Source of the DNA: Eledone cirrhosa
Taxonomy: Eukaryota
Assembly (NCBI GenBank): GCA_964016885.1
Contig: OZ024741.1
Location: 367,722,001 to 367,786,000, forward strand
DNA length: 64,000 bases
Direction: 5' to 3'
In this document: positions 1 to 11,842 of the stretch, one piece after another
How the letters are laid out: every line of letters starts with the position of its first letter
How positions within the stretch are numbered: position 1 is the stretch's first letter
Notes under the pieces: generated by a model
Databases searched by the model: none
Seen by the model: the letters and a program-made list of their open reading frames with translations, nothing else
What the model was told of the DNA's origin: nothing
Translations under genes and position numbers: made by a program

Positions 1-204
1 ACCAAAATGGGTGGGAGATCTCCCCGCCGGACGGGGAGGGTTGACAGGTCTAGTGCGCTGAAAGTTGAGCAAACGTAATATTATTGTTGTTGTTCAGCCG
101 TAGGGCAACACTGACCCATCAGATCTATAATCAAATTCACTCCAGTCGAAATCGTCCAGTCTTTTTTTAAGGATAACGTATACTATGCCTGCATTATTTA
201 ATGT

Positions 205-530
205 ATCCGTTTGGTAGAGCGTCGGACGACATGTTTTGTAGCATTGAGTTACGGCCCTTTGCGTTCTAATTTCAAATCCCGCCGAGGTTTGTTTTGCCTT
301 TCATCCTTACGGGGCCGATAAAATAAAGTACCAGTAACGCACTAGGGCCGATTTAATCGACTTTACCCTCTCCTTAAAATTGTACAGATACTTTATTTTA
401 TCGACCTCGTAAGAATGAAAGGCAAAGCTAACCTCAACAGGATTTGAACTCAGAACGTAAAGGGCCGTAACTCTATGCCGCAAAGTATGGTGTCCTACGT
501 TCTTCCGATACTGCAATCCACCGCCCTAAC
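205..530. mobile_element. Two tRNA-derived SINE copies, tail-to-tail (about 205-375 +, about 388-530 -)
   Basis: B-box-like TTCAAATCCCGCC followed by the body TTTGCCTTTCATCCTTACGGGG(T/C)CGATAAAATAAAGTACCAGT on both strands. The same family recurs at about 11320+, 15243-, 16870+, 17295+, 19990-, 21590-, 22075-, 22533+, 25365- and 59310-. Confidence 0.75.
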
Positions 531-709
531 ACTGCCTAAATAATGGTATTGAATCTGGAAATCTGTATATAGACATTTGGTAGTCTTGTTCAAATAGAAG
601 AAAAGGCTACCATACAAGCTCACTGCGTTCGTATGTTTGGTCGCCATCGCAGAGTTGTCTGTGTTGATCTAAGTTTCAATTATCATGATAAAAAATCTAA
701 ATAAAGTAG

Positions 710-1004
710 TTACACACACATACATACATACATACACATACATACATACATACATACATACACATACATACATACACACACATATACACATACACACACA
801 TACACACACACATTCATACACACATATATACATGCACACACACATATATACACACACACATACATACACACATACACACACACATACATACATACATACA
901 TACATACATACATACATACATACACACATACATACATACATACATACATACATACATACATACATACATACATACATACATACATACATACATACATACA
1001 TACA
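710..1004. repeat. (TACA)n/(CA)n microsatellite
   Basis: Seen directly; explains the MYVC/TYIH ORFs. Confidence 0.97.
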
Positions 1005-1612
1005 TGGTGGCTGCCAACTCGTTTTCGAGTACGGCCACTACTTTATATCCATGTAGGAGAACCCCTACCGATGCGCTGAACGAGTGTGACTTTTTAGTCC
1101 AGCCAGCGACTTGAAAACTCTGGTACAAACACTACACTTGTGACCATTATTGACACATAGTGCAGGGGCCATGGTACCATGTGACGACAAGTGCAGAGAG
1201 ATCTCCAGATATAAAGCAATGCCTGTGCCGTGAAGCTTTTATAGTGAGCAAAGGCACTGCACAAAGCCAGTCCCACTCTCTTAACCAAGATGATATTTAC
1301 CAAAAAGAAGAACAAGTCAACATCATTGGATACCATCAGGGTTGCAGGTGTTATATCAGAGTTTTCCTTCTCCTAGAATTCTGCCTTGACAAAGGCTAAG
1401 GGGTCATCTCTCCCGGTCATTTTGGATGGCCATTGACTCTTAAGAGCGCTTTTGCCCTTTGACAGGTTTTGTTTTTAGTCCTGCAGGATGTCCAAAGTCA
1501 CCCTCCTCACCAAGAAACCTTGGTGGAGTTCCCAGTTTAGTCGCCAATGGCCCGACCATGAGACAGGTTGTACTGGGATACATGTTACCAGTAGCACCAA
1601 CTGGTGACCTGA
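1005..1612 (-). mobile_element. ~608-bp non-autonomous RTE-derived retroelement, copy 1
   Basis: Near-identical copies at 12868, 13553 and 56841. Carries an RTE-type 5'UTR motif (CTAGGAGAAGGAAAACTCTG), a C2H2 remnant (CSVCTRVFKSLAGL) and a 3' stem-loop plus (TATG)n tail resembling the RTE end at 18199. Confidence 0.75.
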
Positions 1613-1701
1613 CATACATACATACATACATACATACATACATACATACATACATACATACATACATACATACATACATACATACATACATACATACATA
1701 C

Positions 1702-2900
1702 ATCCTTGAAACGTAATCAGGGAGGTAGAGGCCTAACATCGGTCCAGACAGCATTTGAATGTGGCATCATATCCCTCCGACAACATTTACGAACCTCGAA
1801 GCGCAGGAGCCCATCTATCGAGCAAGTCTATCTGCATGAAACAGATAAGATCGTGAGAGTTGGGAAGGAAATCCTCGAGAGATATTCCCTGTGTGATAAT
1901 AAAAAACTCACACCCAAGGAAGTCACTCAGTAGTATCGCAGTGAATCCATGGATGAAAAACTGCATGCTTATCAGCAAAAAATCATGCATGGATATGTTG
2001 CCAGGAAGCTCCAGAGTGAGAGTAATATAGATAAGGAAAGTAGTCTATCTTGGACCAACAACCGCTATATTGGTTCCCACTTTGAAGGATACGCTTTTGC
2101 AATCCAAGAACAGGAAATTAACTCGAAATACCTGATTCACAAAAGAGATAGGGATGCAGGCAAAACACCTAGATGTGATAACAAGTGCAAACTCTGCAGA
2201 ACTAACATCGAAGATATCACCCATGTCATCAGCAGCTGTCCAAAGATGTCATCGCATTACTATCTACCTATGAGGCATGATGTGGTGGCCAAAACACTGT
2301 ACAATGCAATCCGTAAAAAAGATAGCCCCGATAATAAACACATTAAAAGCTACAGCAGTGTGGAAGACATCCATGTATATAATATGAAAGAGTACTGGTG
2401 GAATGTTCCAGTAAAAACCCCAATAAAATGCAGGCATAACAGACCAGATATTATGATATGGGACAGGGAGAAGAAAGCATGCACAGTAGTGGAAATTAGC
2501 TGCCCAGCAGATGCCAATATAATATTGGGGCACTTGGGGTATGTTAGTAACTGCCTCAATACAAATCTTGAGAAGCTAGGCTTCACAGGAACAGAAAGAA
2601 CACAACTAGTTAGGCAATTTCAAGTACAATCCATTAATGGAACAGTAAAAATATGTAAACCATTCCAAAAATGTTGCATCTAATAACTGCATATACACAT
2701 GTACAGATACAAAGCATATACACATGCAACTCAAAACATACACATCCACACATACAATAACATCCATATCTACACATGCATGTATACATAATCTACCTAG
2801 TTGATGTTGTGTAAATTCCAATGAGAGAGTCTTGTGTCTATGTTAGAAACCGACTCTCTATTGGGAAAAATTTGTGAAATTATAAAAACAGAAGAACATT
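1702..2900 (+). mobile_element. 5'-truncated R4/Dong-like RLE-type LINE (ORFs 1706-1933 and 1949-2683)
   Basis: GGRGL motif, CCHC knuckle CKLC..EDITHVISSC, RHD and RPDI...VEISCP restriction-like endonuclease motifs. One in-frame stop, and an internal deletion removes the K..KY motif. Confidence 0.85.
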
Positions 2901-2914
2901 CATACATACATACA

Positions 2915-2960
2915 TGATGGCTGCCCCCTCGTTATCGAGTATGGCCATTACACGAGGAGA
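2915..2960 (-). mobile_element. RTE-type 3' terminus
   Basis: GATGGCTGCCCCCTCGTTATCGAGTATGGCCATT matches the RTE 3' end at 18199-18245 and adjoins a (CATA)n tail. Confidence 0.7.
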
Positions 2961-2985
2961 AAGAAAAAAAAAAAGAAAAAAAAAA

Positions 2986-3035
<50 letters not shown>

Positions 3036-3296
3036 TTTCTTTATTAACCACAAGGGTTTACATAAAGTAGACATTAAGGACAGTGCAGGACAATGCAGGA
3101 CGGTACAAATGGGCATTTCTGCGTGTAAAAAAACAAAAAACAGAGGATGTAACAAAAATAACAATGAAAATAACAATGAAAAATTCCCCAATAGGGGGGA
3201 GACTTCGGAGGGACATTTGTGGAGAAAGCCCAGTAAAAAGCCACAATGACCCTGACCACCAAGGCAAGTGCCCTCTCCCAGTTTTCCACCTTTAGT

Positions 3297-6200
3297 TTAC
3301 AGATATATACTCAGAGTCGGCCCATTCACTCGGGCCATTCTTGCTTCTCTCACCCATCTTTCAACAAAATGCTGGGAAGAGAGCACTTCCTTCTCTACTC
3401 TGATTTTCCTTTTCAAATGAAATTTGAAAAAGTCAATCAGAGCATCACCGAAGAGGTAAGTGCTCGTCTTCAGCCCTTTCAAACGTGTCCACCATACTAT
3501 CTCTTTCGCCATGGCCACCAGACAGATAAAAACTGCCTGCCCTTCCCGGCTAAAGGAGGAGGCCGGGGCAATCCTCACGATAGACTCAGATGATAGCTGG
3601 ATCCGTCCTAAACGCGACAGCAGGTGTTCGACATAAATCCACAAGTCAGCAATTTTCGGACACTGGACGAGTGCGTGCAGGACGGTTTCGTCGCCCTGCG
3701 CGCATCTCGGACATGCCCGGCTGACGGCACCTCCATGCCTGTAGAGTTTATCCCGAACTGGCAAGGCTCCTCGGTAGCACTGCCAGGCCAGAGATTTCTG
3801 GAAGTTGTCCATAGGCCCTGGCCCGAAAGTTCTTCCGAAGAGATTGGCTAGTTGATTTTCGTCGACGCCTAGAGTTTCCCCAAGTACGTCGTCGCTCTTC
3901 CCCTCCACTAATCCTCTATAGAACGCCGAGGTGGAGTTTCCACCGATCACATTGCCCGATTGGTCGAGGGCTGTGAGCGCCTGAAGACATTCCAGTCTCC
4001 AGGCGCTCCCTCTCGGTCTTCGCTTGACCCAGGACTGCAGCTCCGTCAAGGAAACGAGCTGGGGAAAAACGCGTCTAGCAAACGGCGACCACACCTGATC
4101 ACCGTCGAGGAAGAGGTGGAGATGTCGTAGCCTGAGCGCGTGCCTGCGCATCATCAGCCACGGCATGCCCAGCCCTCCACGTAGCGGGTGTTGACAACAG
4201 ATGGACCGCCTGACCATCGGAGCACGTCCCTTCCACAAAAAGCGAAAGAGCAAACGCTCCAGCGCAGTCAGGCGAGGCTTAGGACAAGGTACGGCGGTTA
4301 GGCGGTAGCAGATGACAGACGCGATGTACGCGTTAGCCACCTCCGCTCGACCTTTCAGGGATAGCTTCCTCTCCGCCCATTTCTGGGTGAGAGAAGCCAC
4401 CCTGCTCGTCACCTCGTCCCAGTTTTTGTCCGTCTGGAGGTCCGGACCGAACCAGACCCCTAGCAATTTAACCGGTCCGTCCGTCCAGCGCCCGACGACG
4501 CTGTTGGACGGCATGGATCTGCCTCTCCAGGTGCCGAGCTGCAGGCCCACTGACTTTTCCTGGTTGATCATTGCTCCTGTCACCGCTTCGTATTCTCTTA
4601 GTGTAGTGCCGATCGCCTCGATGTGTTTGGCGTTCGACACCACTACGGTGACATCGTCCGCATATGCTGACACGGATCTTCCGCATCCTAGTTCGCGCGG
4701 GACTCCCCTCAACGTCTCCAGTTTGTGCAGTAATGGCTCGAGAGTCAATACGTACAAGAGGGACGAGAGGGGACATCCTTGGCGGACCGAGCGCATGATG
4801 TTGAACGGTTCCGACAGGTGACCGTTCACTCTCACTACAGAGCAGATGTCGCTGTGCATGGCAGCGATCCAGCCTCTGAAGACGGGCCCAAAGCCAGCCG
4901 CCCTCAGGACTGCCGCTAGGTAACGATGGTCGACCCTATCGAAAGCTTTCGACTGATCTAAATTGATCAAGGACCCACCCGTGCCAGGTTCCCTAGCTAC
5001 CCTCTCTACGATGTATCGCATGAGGTGGAGGTTGTCGTGGATGGATCTGTCGGGAATAGCGCATGTCTGCGCCTCTCCCACCAGACCACCAACGACAAGC
5101 GCCAACCTCTTTGCTAGCACCTTGGCCAAAATCTTGAACTCTGTGTTTAGCAGAGTTATGGGCCGGAAATTATCTATGTTATCCCCCTTGTTCGGATCCT
5201 TTCTCAGCAGTGCCACCGCTCCTCGGCTCACAGAACTGGGAATTCTCCCGTTCTGTTGCCAGTTGCAGTAGACGTCCGCCAAGAGGCCTCCGAACAAGTC
5301 TGGCATCTGTACGTAAAGTTCATAGGGCAGACCATCCAAACCAGGCGATTTACCCCTTGTGCAGCCAGTCATTGCCTCCCGTACTTCAGCGGCTGTTATC
5401 GGCTTTTCGCAACACTTCGCCTCAGTGGCCGAGAGCCGCGGCAGTCCGTCGAGGTAGACACTAAAGTCCATCCCTCTACCCGGCCCCCCGCTGCCCCCGA
5501 ACAGCTGAGCGAAGTGTCGCTGAAAAGCTTCACACATTTGCCCGGGATCGAGTAGCATGCGCCCGTCGTGGTCCACCAAAGACCGGATCGTGGCTTTGTT
5601 GCCACGACGCGCCTCCGCCACTCGGGCCCATTGAACGGCTTTCGTCCCCTCGTGTCTGAGAGCACGCACCCTAGCTCTGACAACGCAGCCTTCGTGCTTT
5701 GCATTGAAGAATTGGTCAAGGGCCAATTTCGCCGCAAGCACGTCGGTCGCAATGCCTTTGCTAAGCGCCTCGTCTAATTTTCTAACTAGTTCTCCCTCTG
5801 CTCTATTTTTCTCTATTGCTAAAGCCTTACTAAACCTAATCGATTCTATTCTAATCGCTCTTTTCAGAGCAAACCACCACTTGTTGTTGACGATGGCCCC
5901 CGTCAACGCCCGCTTAACTAGTTCGCTAATCCGGTCTCTGTAGGCCTTGCGCGCTGGTAAGGACGCGTTTAGCTTCCAGTAGCCGGGTCCTCGTCTCTGA
6001 AGCCTATCTAAGTCAAGCACACAGATCACGAATTTGTGGTCCGTGTAGCTGACTATCTTGAATTGTGGACAGCCTATGCTAGACCTATCTATTTCCCTAC
6101 AAAATACTCTATCTAGATATGATCTGGATGACCCTATGCGGTTTGTCCAAGTCCACATTGGCACATTCGGGAAATCCAATCGGTACCTGTCAGACAGTTC

Positions 6201-6716
6201 AAAACGCCTGAGCAGGTTGGTGAGGCTCTTGCACCCTCCACCCCTATCCGCTAATCCCACACAGTCCCAGCGTGCATCTAAGATCCCGTTCCAGTCGCCC
6301 ACTAACACTAAAGAGCGGGACGTTCCAAGAAAGGTCTCCAGACGCCTGAAGAAATCAGGCCGCCCTGCTCCTGTCGGGGCATAGAGGGCCACTAGCCTGA
6401 AAGCTTGCCCGTCTCCGCTGGTCACGTCCAGCACCACCAGCTTACCCTCTGGGTCCAGGAAGATGGCCCGTATGGCGAGATACAAACCTCTCCGAAAAAG
6501 CACAGCAACTCCTCCACCCGATCCAGGACGGCTGGGAGATTCGTACACATCTTAGCCGCCGAAGATCGGTGCGAAGGCCCGTGCTTCGGAGATTCTGGTC
6601 TCGTTGATGGCCACTACATCTATGTTTAGTGACCTGAGGTCGTTGAGCAGGTGACCCTGCTTCCATGACGACCCCAAGCCACGCGCATTTATGCTGCCTA
6701 TTCTGAGTGAGGTCAT
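3297..6716 (-). pseudogene. Tx1 ORF2 (AP endonuclease + reverse transcriptase + C-terminal Zn knuckle) with one nonsense codon
   Basis: Starts MTSLRIGSINARGL at 6716 and has a single TAA at 6552-6554. Motifs: GDWN, SYLDRVF, TDH, KSPGLDGLP, LDQSKAFDRV, RQGCPLS, YADD, CPRC..ETVLHALVQC. Confidence 0.92.
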
Positions 6717-6751
6717 GTTTAAAATAGAGTGGAAAAGATGGGAAAGACCAC

Positions 6752-8842
6752 TTACCGTACTTTTGGTAGAGGAGGGATGGTTTTTCCATCCCTTTTCACT
6801 TGATCGTCTGGTGAAGGGACCGTTGAATCGTCCCTTCGGCTGGTCGTCGGCTCTTCTAAGAGAATGTCTGAGTATACTCTTCGATTGATGGTTCCTCCTA
6901 GGTCCCTGAAATCACCAACTGCGTTGGGGAATTTCGTTTTAATGTTTGTGTATTGTTTCTGTGCTATTTTTAGCAGTCTTATGTTAGTTGGCGTTTTGAT
7001 TGGTGCTGGTATTATGTAGTCCTGTTGTGAAATGTCTGTGAGTTCAATTATGTAAGTCATTAGTTTCTTGTTGTGTGTATTTATTGCCGTGCATTTGTTT
7101 TTCTGGGGGTGGGGTGTGGTTCTGCTATTTTCTTGTCGTTGTTGCTGGGTGTGTGTGTTTTGTTGTTGTGTTTGCGATGTTGGTGGTGGTGGTGTTAAAG
7201 GTGTTGTTGGCGGTGGGGTTGTTGCCGGTGGTGATGGTGGTGCTAGTGTGGGTGGTGATGGTGTTGGTGTTGTTGCTGCTGTGGGTCTCTTTGCAGTAGA
7301 CTTTACCCTTTTCTCATTTCTTTCCTCCCTTTTCAAAGGCGACGATGCGCTGCTTCTGCGTTTGTGCCTTCTTACGACCTTTTACCATCCCTCTCCCACC
7401 TCACACTCCATGTCTGATTCTGTGAGGTCGGGGAGGGGTACCAGCTCCACTCTTTCACTTGTTGTTGTTGGTGATGTTTGCACTGGAGTCTCTGTTGCAG
7501 CTGCATTTGGTATTGCTGTTGTTGTTGTTAATATTTCCACTGCTGCTGCTGTTTTTGATTTCCGTGGAGTGGGTATGGGTGCCACGGACCTATCGTTCCT
7601 GGTTGCCGCTTGTCCTGTTGCTGGTAGCCGTGGAGCCGGATTCGGAAGGAGGGGGGTTTTCTCCTTTCTCAGGGTCTTCTCGTTGCAGAAGGCCCTGGGG
7701 TGAGTCTTCGATCCACAGCGAAAGCATTTCGGGCGTTTGCCCTCAACACTTATGGGCAGTTGAGTGCCGTTATCGAAGTCTATCACATCCGGGATAGCTT
7801 CGATGCACTCCTGGTTGGTTTGGATTAGCATCTCAATGGAGGAGCCGACCCAATCTTCTCTTACTTTTTTCTGTACTTGCAGTACAGTTGTTTTGTCCTC
7901 GATTCCGACGAGGACAGACGCGGCCAGCCAAGAAGGGGTCATTCCGGGGGGGACGTGGGTCAGTTTGACCCTCACAATTTTTTGCCCGCAGTAGGAGGGC
8001 ACCAACACCATTTCCTCGCTCCTTAGGGTCACTACTGATTGGGCCTTTGCCTCCTGGGGTGTGGCAAAAAGTACGTCTACGGTGGCATATTTTTTGCCTC
8101 GGGTGATGTGCGTTTTCCGCTGCCACACAGACCCCAAGGCTTTTTGTATTTGGGCCTCTGTGGCTCTTTCCACCCTACGGGATTTTGTACTTACTGTACG
8201 GTACGTGACCGTACAGTGCTCTTGGGTTTCGAAAAATTTTTCCGCTGCCTTGCAGATTGCTCGGTGTCCGTTCTTTGTCACCATCTTCTTCGCTTCCTCT
8301 AATTCCTCATTTGTTATGAGGATTGTTTTCAAGTTTTTCGCAATACCTGCAAATGAGATTGGTTTTTCTCTGCTGTTGTTGTTGTCGTCAGAGCTGCTGG
8401 TACTTTTGTTGTTGCTGCAGGTACTACGACTACTGCCTCCGCCGCTGTTGCTGTGGTTGTTGTTGGTGTTGCTGCTGCTAATGCTGTTGTTGTTTATGCT
8501 GCTGGTGATGCTGTTGCGGCTGCTACTGTTGTTTTCATTGTCACTGTTGCTGTTGTTATTACGGCTGCTACTGCTATTATTCCTGACGTCAGACGAATGA
8601 ACTGGGTTTTCGTATTTCCCGCACACCTGTTTCGTCGCTGTCGTCGTCGTCGTGGAGAAACCTTGCACGCTTTGCACGAGACTTTTCTTTTCTTTCGTCA
8701 CTTGCGAAAGAGAAGGGAGGGATAGAGACACATTTAAAGAAGGGAGGGAGAGAGACAATCTTCTCTCTGCTGTAGTGATGATTGAGGAAGAAGAAGACGG
8801 AATGAGTGGGAGTGACGTATGAAATTTCTTTTTCGTAGCCAT
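6752..8842 (-). pseudogene. Tx1 ORF1 (gag-like, CCHC knuckle) with one in-frame stop
   Basis: ORFs 7382-8842 and 6752-7336 share one frame, separated by W*KVVRRHKRR. CFRCGSKTHPRAFC knuckle; low-complexity N/S and P/T tracts. Confidence 0.8.
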
Positions 8843-9100
8843 GTTGTTTTTTGTTTAAAATGAAATGTTGGGTACAAAACCCCAATAACTGGTTATTTAA
8901 CCCCGAAGGGCCAAATAACGGACAGAAAGACCCCTCTCACGAGGAGGAGGGTGTCTTTATCAACAATTTGGTTCAAGTTTTAAACAATTTACAATTGTTT
9001 TAACGGTTAAAAATTACTATACCTTACAGAGCCGAGCCTCCGTCAACCATGGCATTCAATAATAATAATAATAATAATAATAGTACACTATTAATAATTA

Positions 9101-10737
9101 CTGTCCCCTCTGTTTTTTGTCCTTGCCCTGATGCCCTTGACCATTATGCTGCGAAAAGTGAGAGCAGGATACAAGTTGGGAAAGGGAGAGCTTACCATCA
9201 ATCACCTCCTCTTCATGGACGATCTTAAGCTCTTCGGGAAAAGTGAGAAGGAGTTGGATGTGCTTGTTGACACTGTCCGTATTTTCAGCAGTGATATATG
9301 TATGCAGTTTGGTATTAGTAAATGTGGAGTCATTGTGATGAGGAGGGGTAGGTTGAGCAGAAGTAACGGGATCCAGATACCAACAGGTGAGATGATAAAG
9401 GAAATTGACTCTGAGGAAGGATACAAGTATTTGGGCGTGCTGGAGGCTGATGGCATAAAGAACAAAAAAATGAAGGAATTGTTAAGAACTGAATACATTC
9501 GGAGAGTAAGGAGCGTATTGAAGTCACATCTGAACAGCAGAAATGCCATAAGCGCAGTAAATTCTCGAGCTGTGTCTATTATTAGGTACAGTGCGGGAAT
9601 TCTGAGATGGAATGTTGCTGAACAAAAAGAAATGGATAGGAAGACTAGGAAGCTATTGACTATTTACAACATATTCCACAAGAGGAGTGATGTCGATAGA
9701 CTCTACCTAAGGAGATCTGAGGGTGGAAGAGGTCTTATCAGCATAGAGGACTGTGTTCAGATGGAGAAAAACAACCTATACAAATACGTGACTGATAGTA
9801 AGGAGCCAATGCTCAGAACTGTACTGAAGGAGGGGACAGTAGGCCAGGGGATGTCCAAGGAGGAAATAACATCAAGGAGGAAGAGCAGCCTTAAGGGAAA
9901 ATCCCTTCATAGTACCTTCTTTGAGAAAACTGAATTTAGAGATCCACAGACATGGAACTGGTTGAGAAGAGGAGACCTCAAAAAGGCTACAGAAGGAATG
10001 CTAATGGCTGCGCAGGAGCAGGCCCTCAAAACGAAGTGGTTGAAGCACCATATTTACAAGGAGGAGGCTAGCCCACTGTGCAGGATCTGTGGAGAGAGAG
10101 AGGAGACTGTGGCTCACATTGTGTCCGAGTGTAAACACCTAGCCCAGACCAACTATAAGGGCTGGAGACACGATGTGATGGGCAGGGTGATCCACTGGCA
10201 CCTGTGCAAAGTAAACAATTTACCACATTCTGAGAAATGGTATGAGCATAGGCCAGAGGCGGTGATGGAGAACAATCAGGTGAAGGTGCTGTGGGATTTT
10301 AGGATACAGACGGACAAAAAACTGGAACACAATAGACCTGACCTGGTGGTTGTGGACAAAGAAAAAAGATCGTGTCTGATTGTGGATGTGGCCTGCCCGT
10401 TCGACACGAGAGTGCAAGAGAAGGAGAGGGAGAAAATTAACCGATACCAGGACCTAAAGTGGGAGGTGAAAAGGATTTGGAACTGCCATGAAGTCAAAGT
10501 GATCCCGATTGTCATAGGCGCACTGGGGACTATCTCCAAAAGTTTCCAGGGATGGTTAAAGAAAATCGGCCCCTTCACGCTTTTTGGAACGCTTCAAAAG
10601 GCATGCTTGCTTGGAACAGCAAGAACCCTCCGATACGTCCTGAATATCTGAGGCTGCAGGTAGTGGCTTGATATTCATTCCAACGGACTTTCCAGTTAAC
10701 CAACATCAATGACTGAGATTCAAGGAATAACAACAAC
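9101..10737 (+). mobile_element. 5'-truncated R4/Dong-clade LINE (open ORF 9131-10651) with 28-bp TSD
   Basis: HLLFMDDLKLF, GGRGL, CRIC..ETVAHIVSEC, RHD, RPD..DVACPFD..KINRYQDL. AATAATAATAGTACACTATTAATAATTA occurs at 9073-9100 and 10738-10765. Confidence 0.93.
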
Positions 10738-10774
10738 AATAATAATAGTACACTATTAATAATTATTAATGCAC

Positions 10775-11040
10775 TCGTGCAATGCCTGTGCGTGACGAAT
10801 ATTTTTAAAGTGAGGAAAGACTGTGCACTGAGCCAATCCCACTCTCTGAGCGACAGTAGCTATAACCCGAAAAGAAGAAAAGATCAACATCATCGGTAAC
10901 TACTGAGCCGCAGGTTTTATGTCGGAGTTAACCCAGTTTCCTGAGATGCCTTCTCCTAGAAGAATGCCCTGACAAGGGCTAGGGGTTCTTCACTCCCAGT
11001 GGTTTAACTGCGCGATCGGGCATCCAGCCCGATTATTTCT
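10775..11040 (-). mobile_element. 5' part of an RTE-derived element related to the 608-bp family
   Basis: Colinear similarity to 1217-1415 (GCAATGCCTGTGC...CCCACTCTCT...AAAAGAAGAA...CCTTCTCCTAGAA...GACAAGGGCTAGGGG). Confidence 0.65.
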
Positions 11041-11169
11041 ATGTCCCCGCGCAAAATAAAAATCACTTATTGACACTTATACGTACGACACACACACGCG
11101 CATACATATGCGCGCACACAGCAACACTCATACATACAAACAAACACACACACGCTACTCTACTCACTT

Positions 11170-11217
<48 letters not shown>

Positions 11218-11804
11218 CCGTCATTACTGATACAAGATTACAAGATTATGTCAACTGTTGACTTTCAAGAGTTTGTATAGTTGAAGCCGATCGTACTACA
11301 GTCCAGTATTATTATAATTGCTTTACAGCATAGAGTCACGGCCCTCCATGCTCTGAGCTCAAATCCCGCCGAGGTCAACCTTGCCTTTCATCCCCACGGA
11401 GTCAACAAAAGAGAGTACCAGTGATGCGCTGGGCCAGTCGCTGGATCCGTGCCAAAAGCAGAAAAATTATTATTAAAGTTGTTTTCTTAAGGCCCGGTCG
11501 CTGGTGATGGTGATGGCGGCGGCGGTAGTGGTGGTGGTGGTGGCAGTTGATGTTGTTGTTGTGTTGTGTGCGTGTGTGTGTGTGTTTTGTTATTTTGAGT
11601 TTTTTTGTTTGTTTTTTTTCCTTTTTTTCCCTTCCCTTTCTTTTTTTTATCTTTTGATGCCGCTGTTGTTGTTGTTGTTGTTGTAAATGTTCATTTCAGT
11701 TCATTCTGAAGCTGTTGTTGCTGTAAACATTAGTGCCGGTGTTGTTGTTGTAGATGTTGGGGTTGAAATCTGGTCGTTTGACTGAGTGATGTATATACAC
11801 ACAT

Positions 11805-11840
<36 letters not shown>

Positions 11841-11842
<2 letters not shown>

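Larger units (their letters stand above)
3035..9056 (-). mobile_element. Apparently full-length Tx1/L1-clade LINE inserted in (AAT)n
   Basis: ORF1 plus ORF2 (APE-RT), AATAAA near the 3' end, and (AAT)n runs on both flanks (2987-3033, 9058-9081). Confidence 0.9.

Noticed and set aside
669-1128. MYVC/TYIH/YIYI-type ORFs here and throughout the window
   Set aside because: Translations of (TACA)n, (TA)n, (CA)n and (AAT)n microsatellites.
1520-1612. HDV-like ribozyme at the 5' end of the 608-bp element
   Set aside because: P2/P3-like pairings and GGCGACTAAA are visible, but I found no upstream P1 partner, so it is not called as a feature.
3624-8725. Plus-strand ORFs overlapping the Tx1 element (and antisense ORFs over the other TEs)
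   Set aside because: Shadow frames of GC-rich or low-complexity coding sequence on the other strand.
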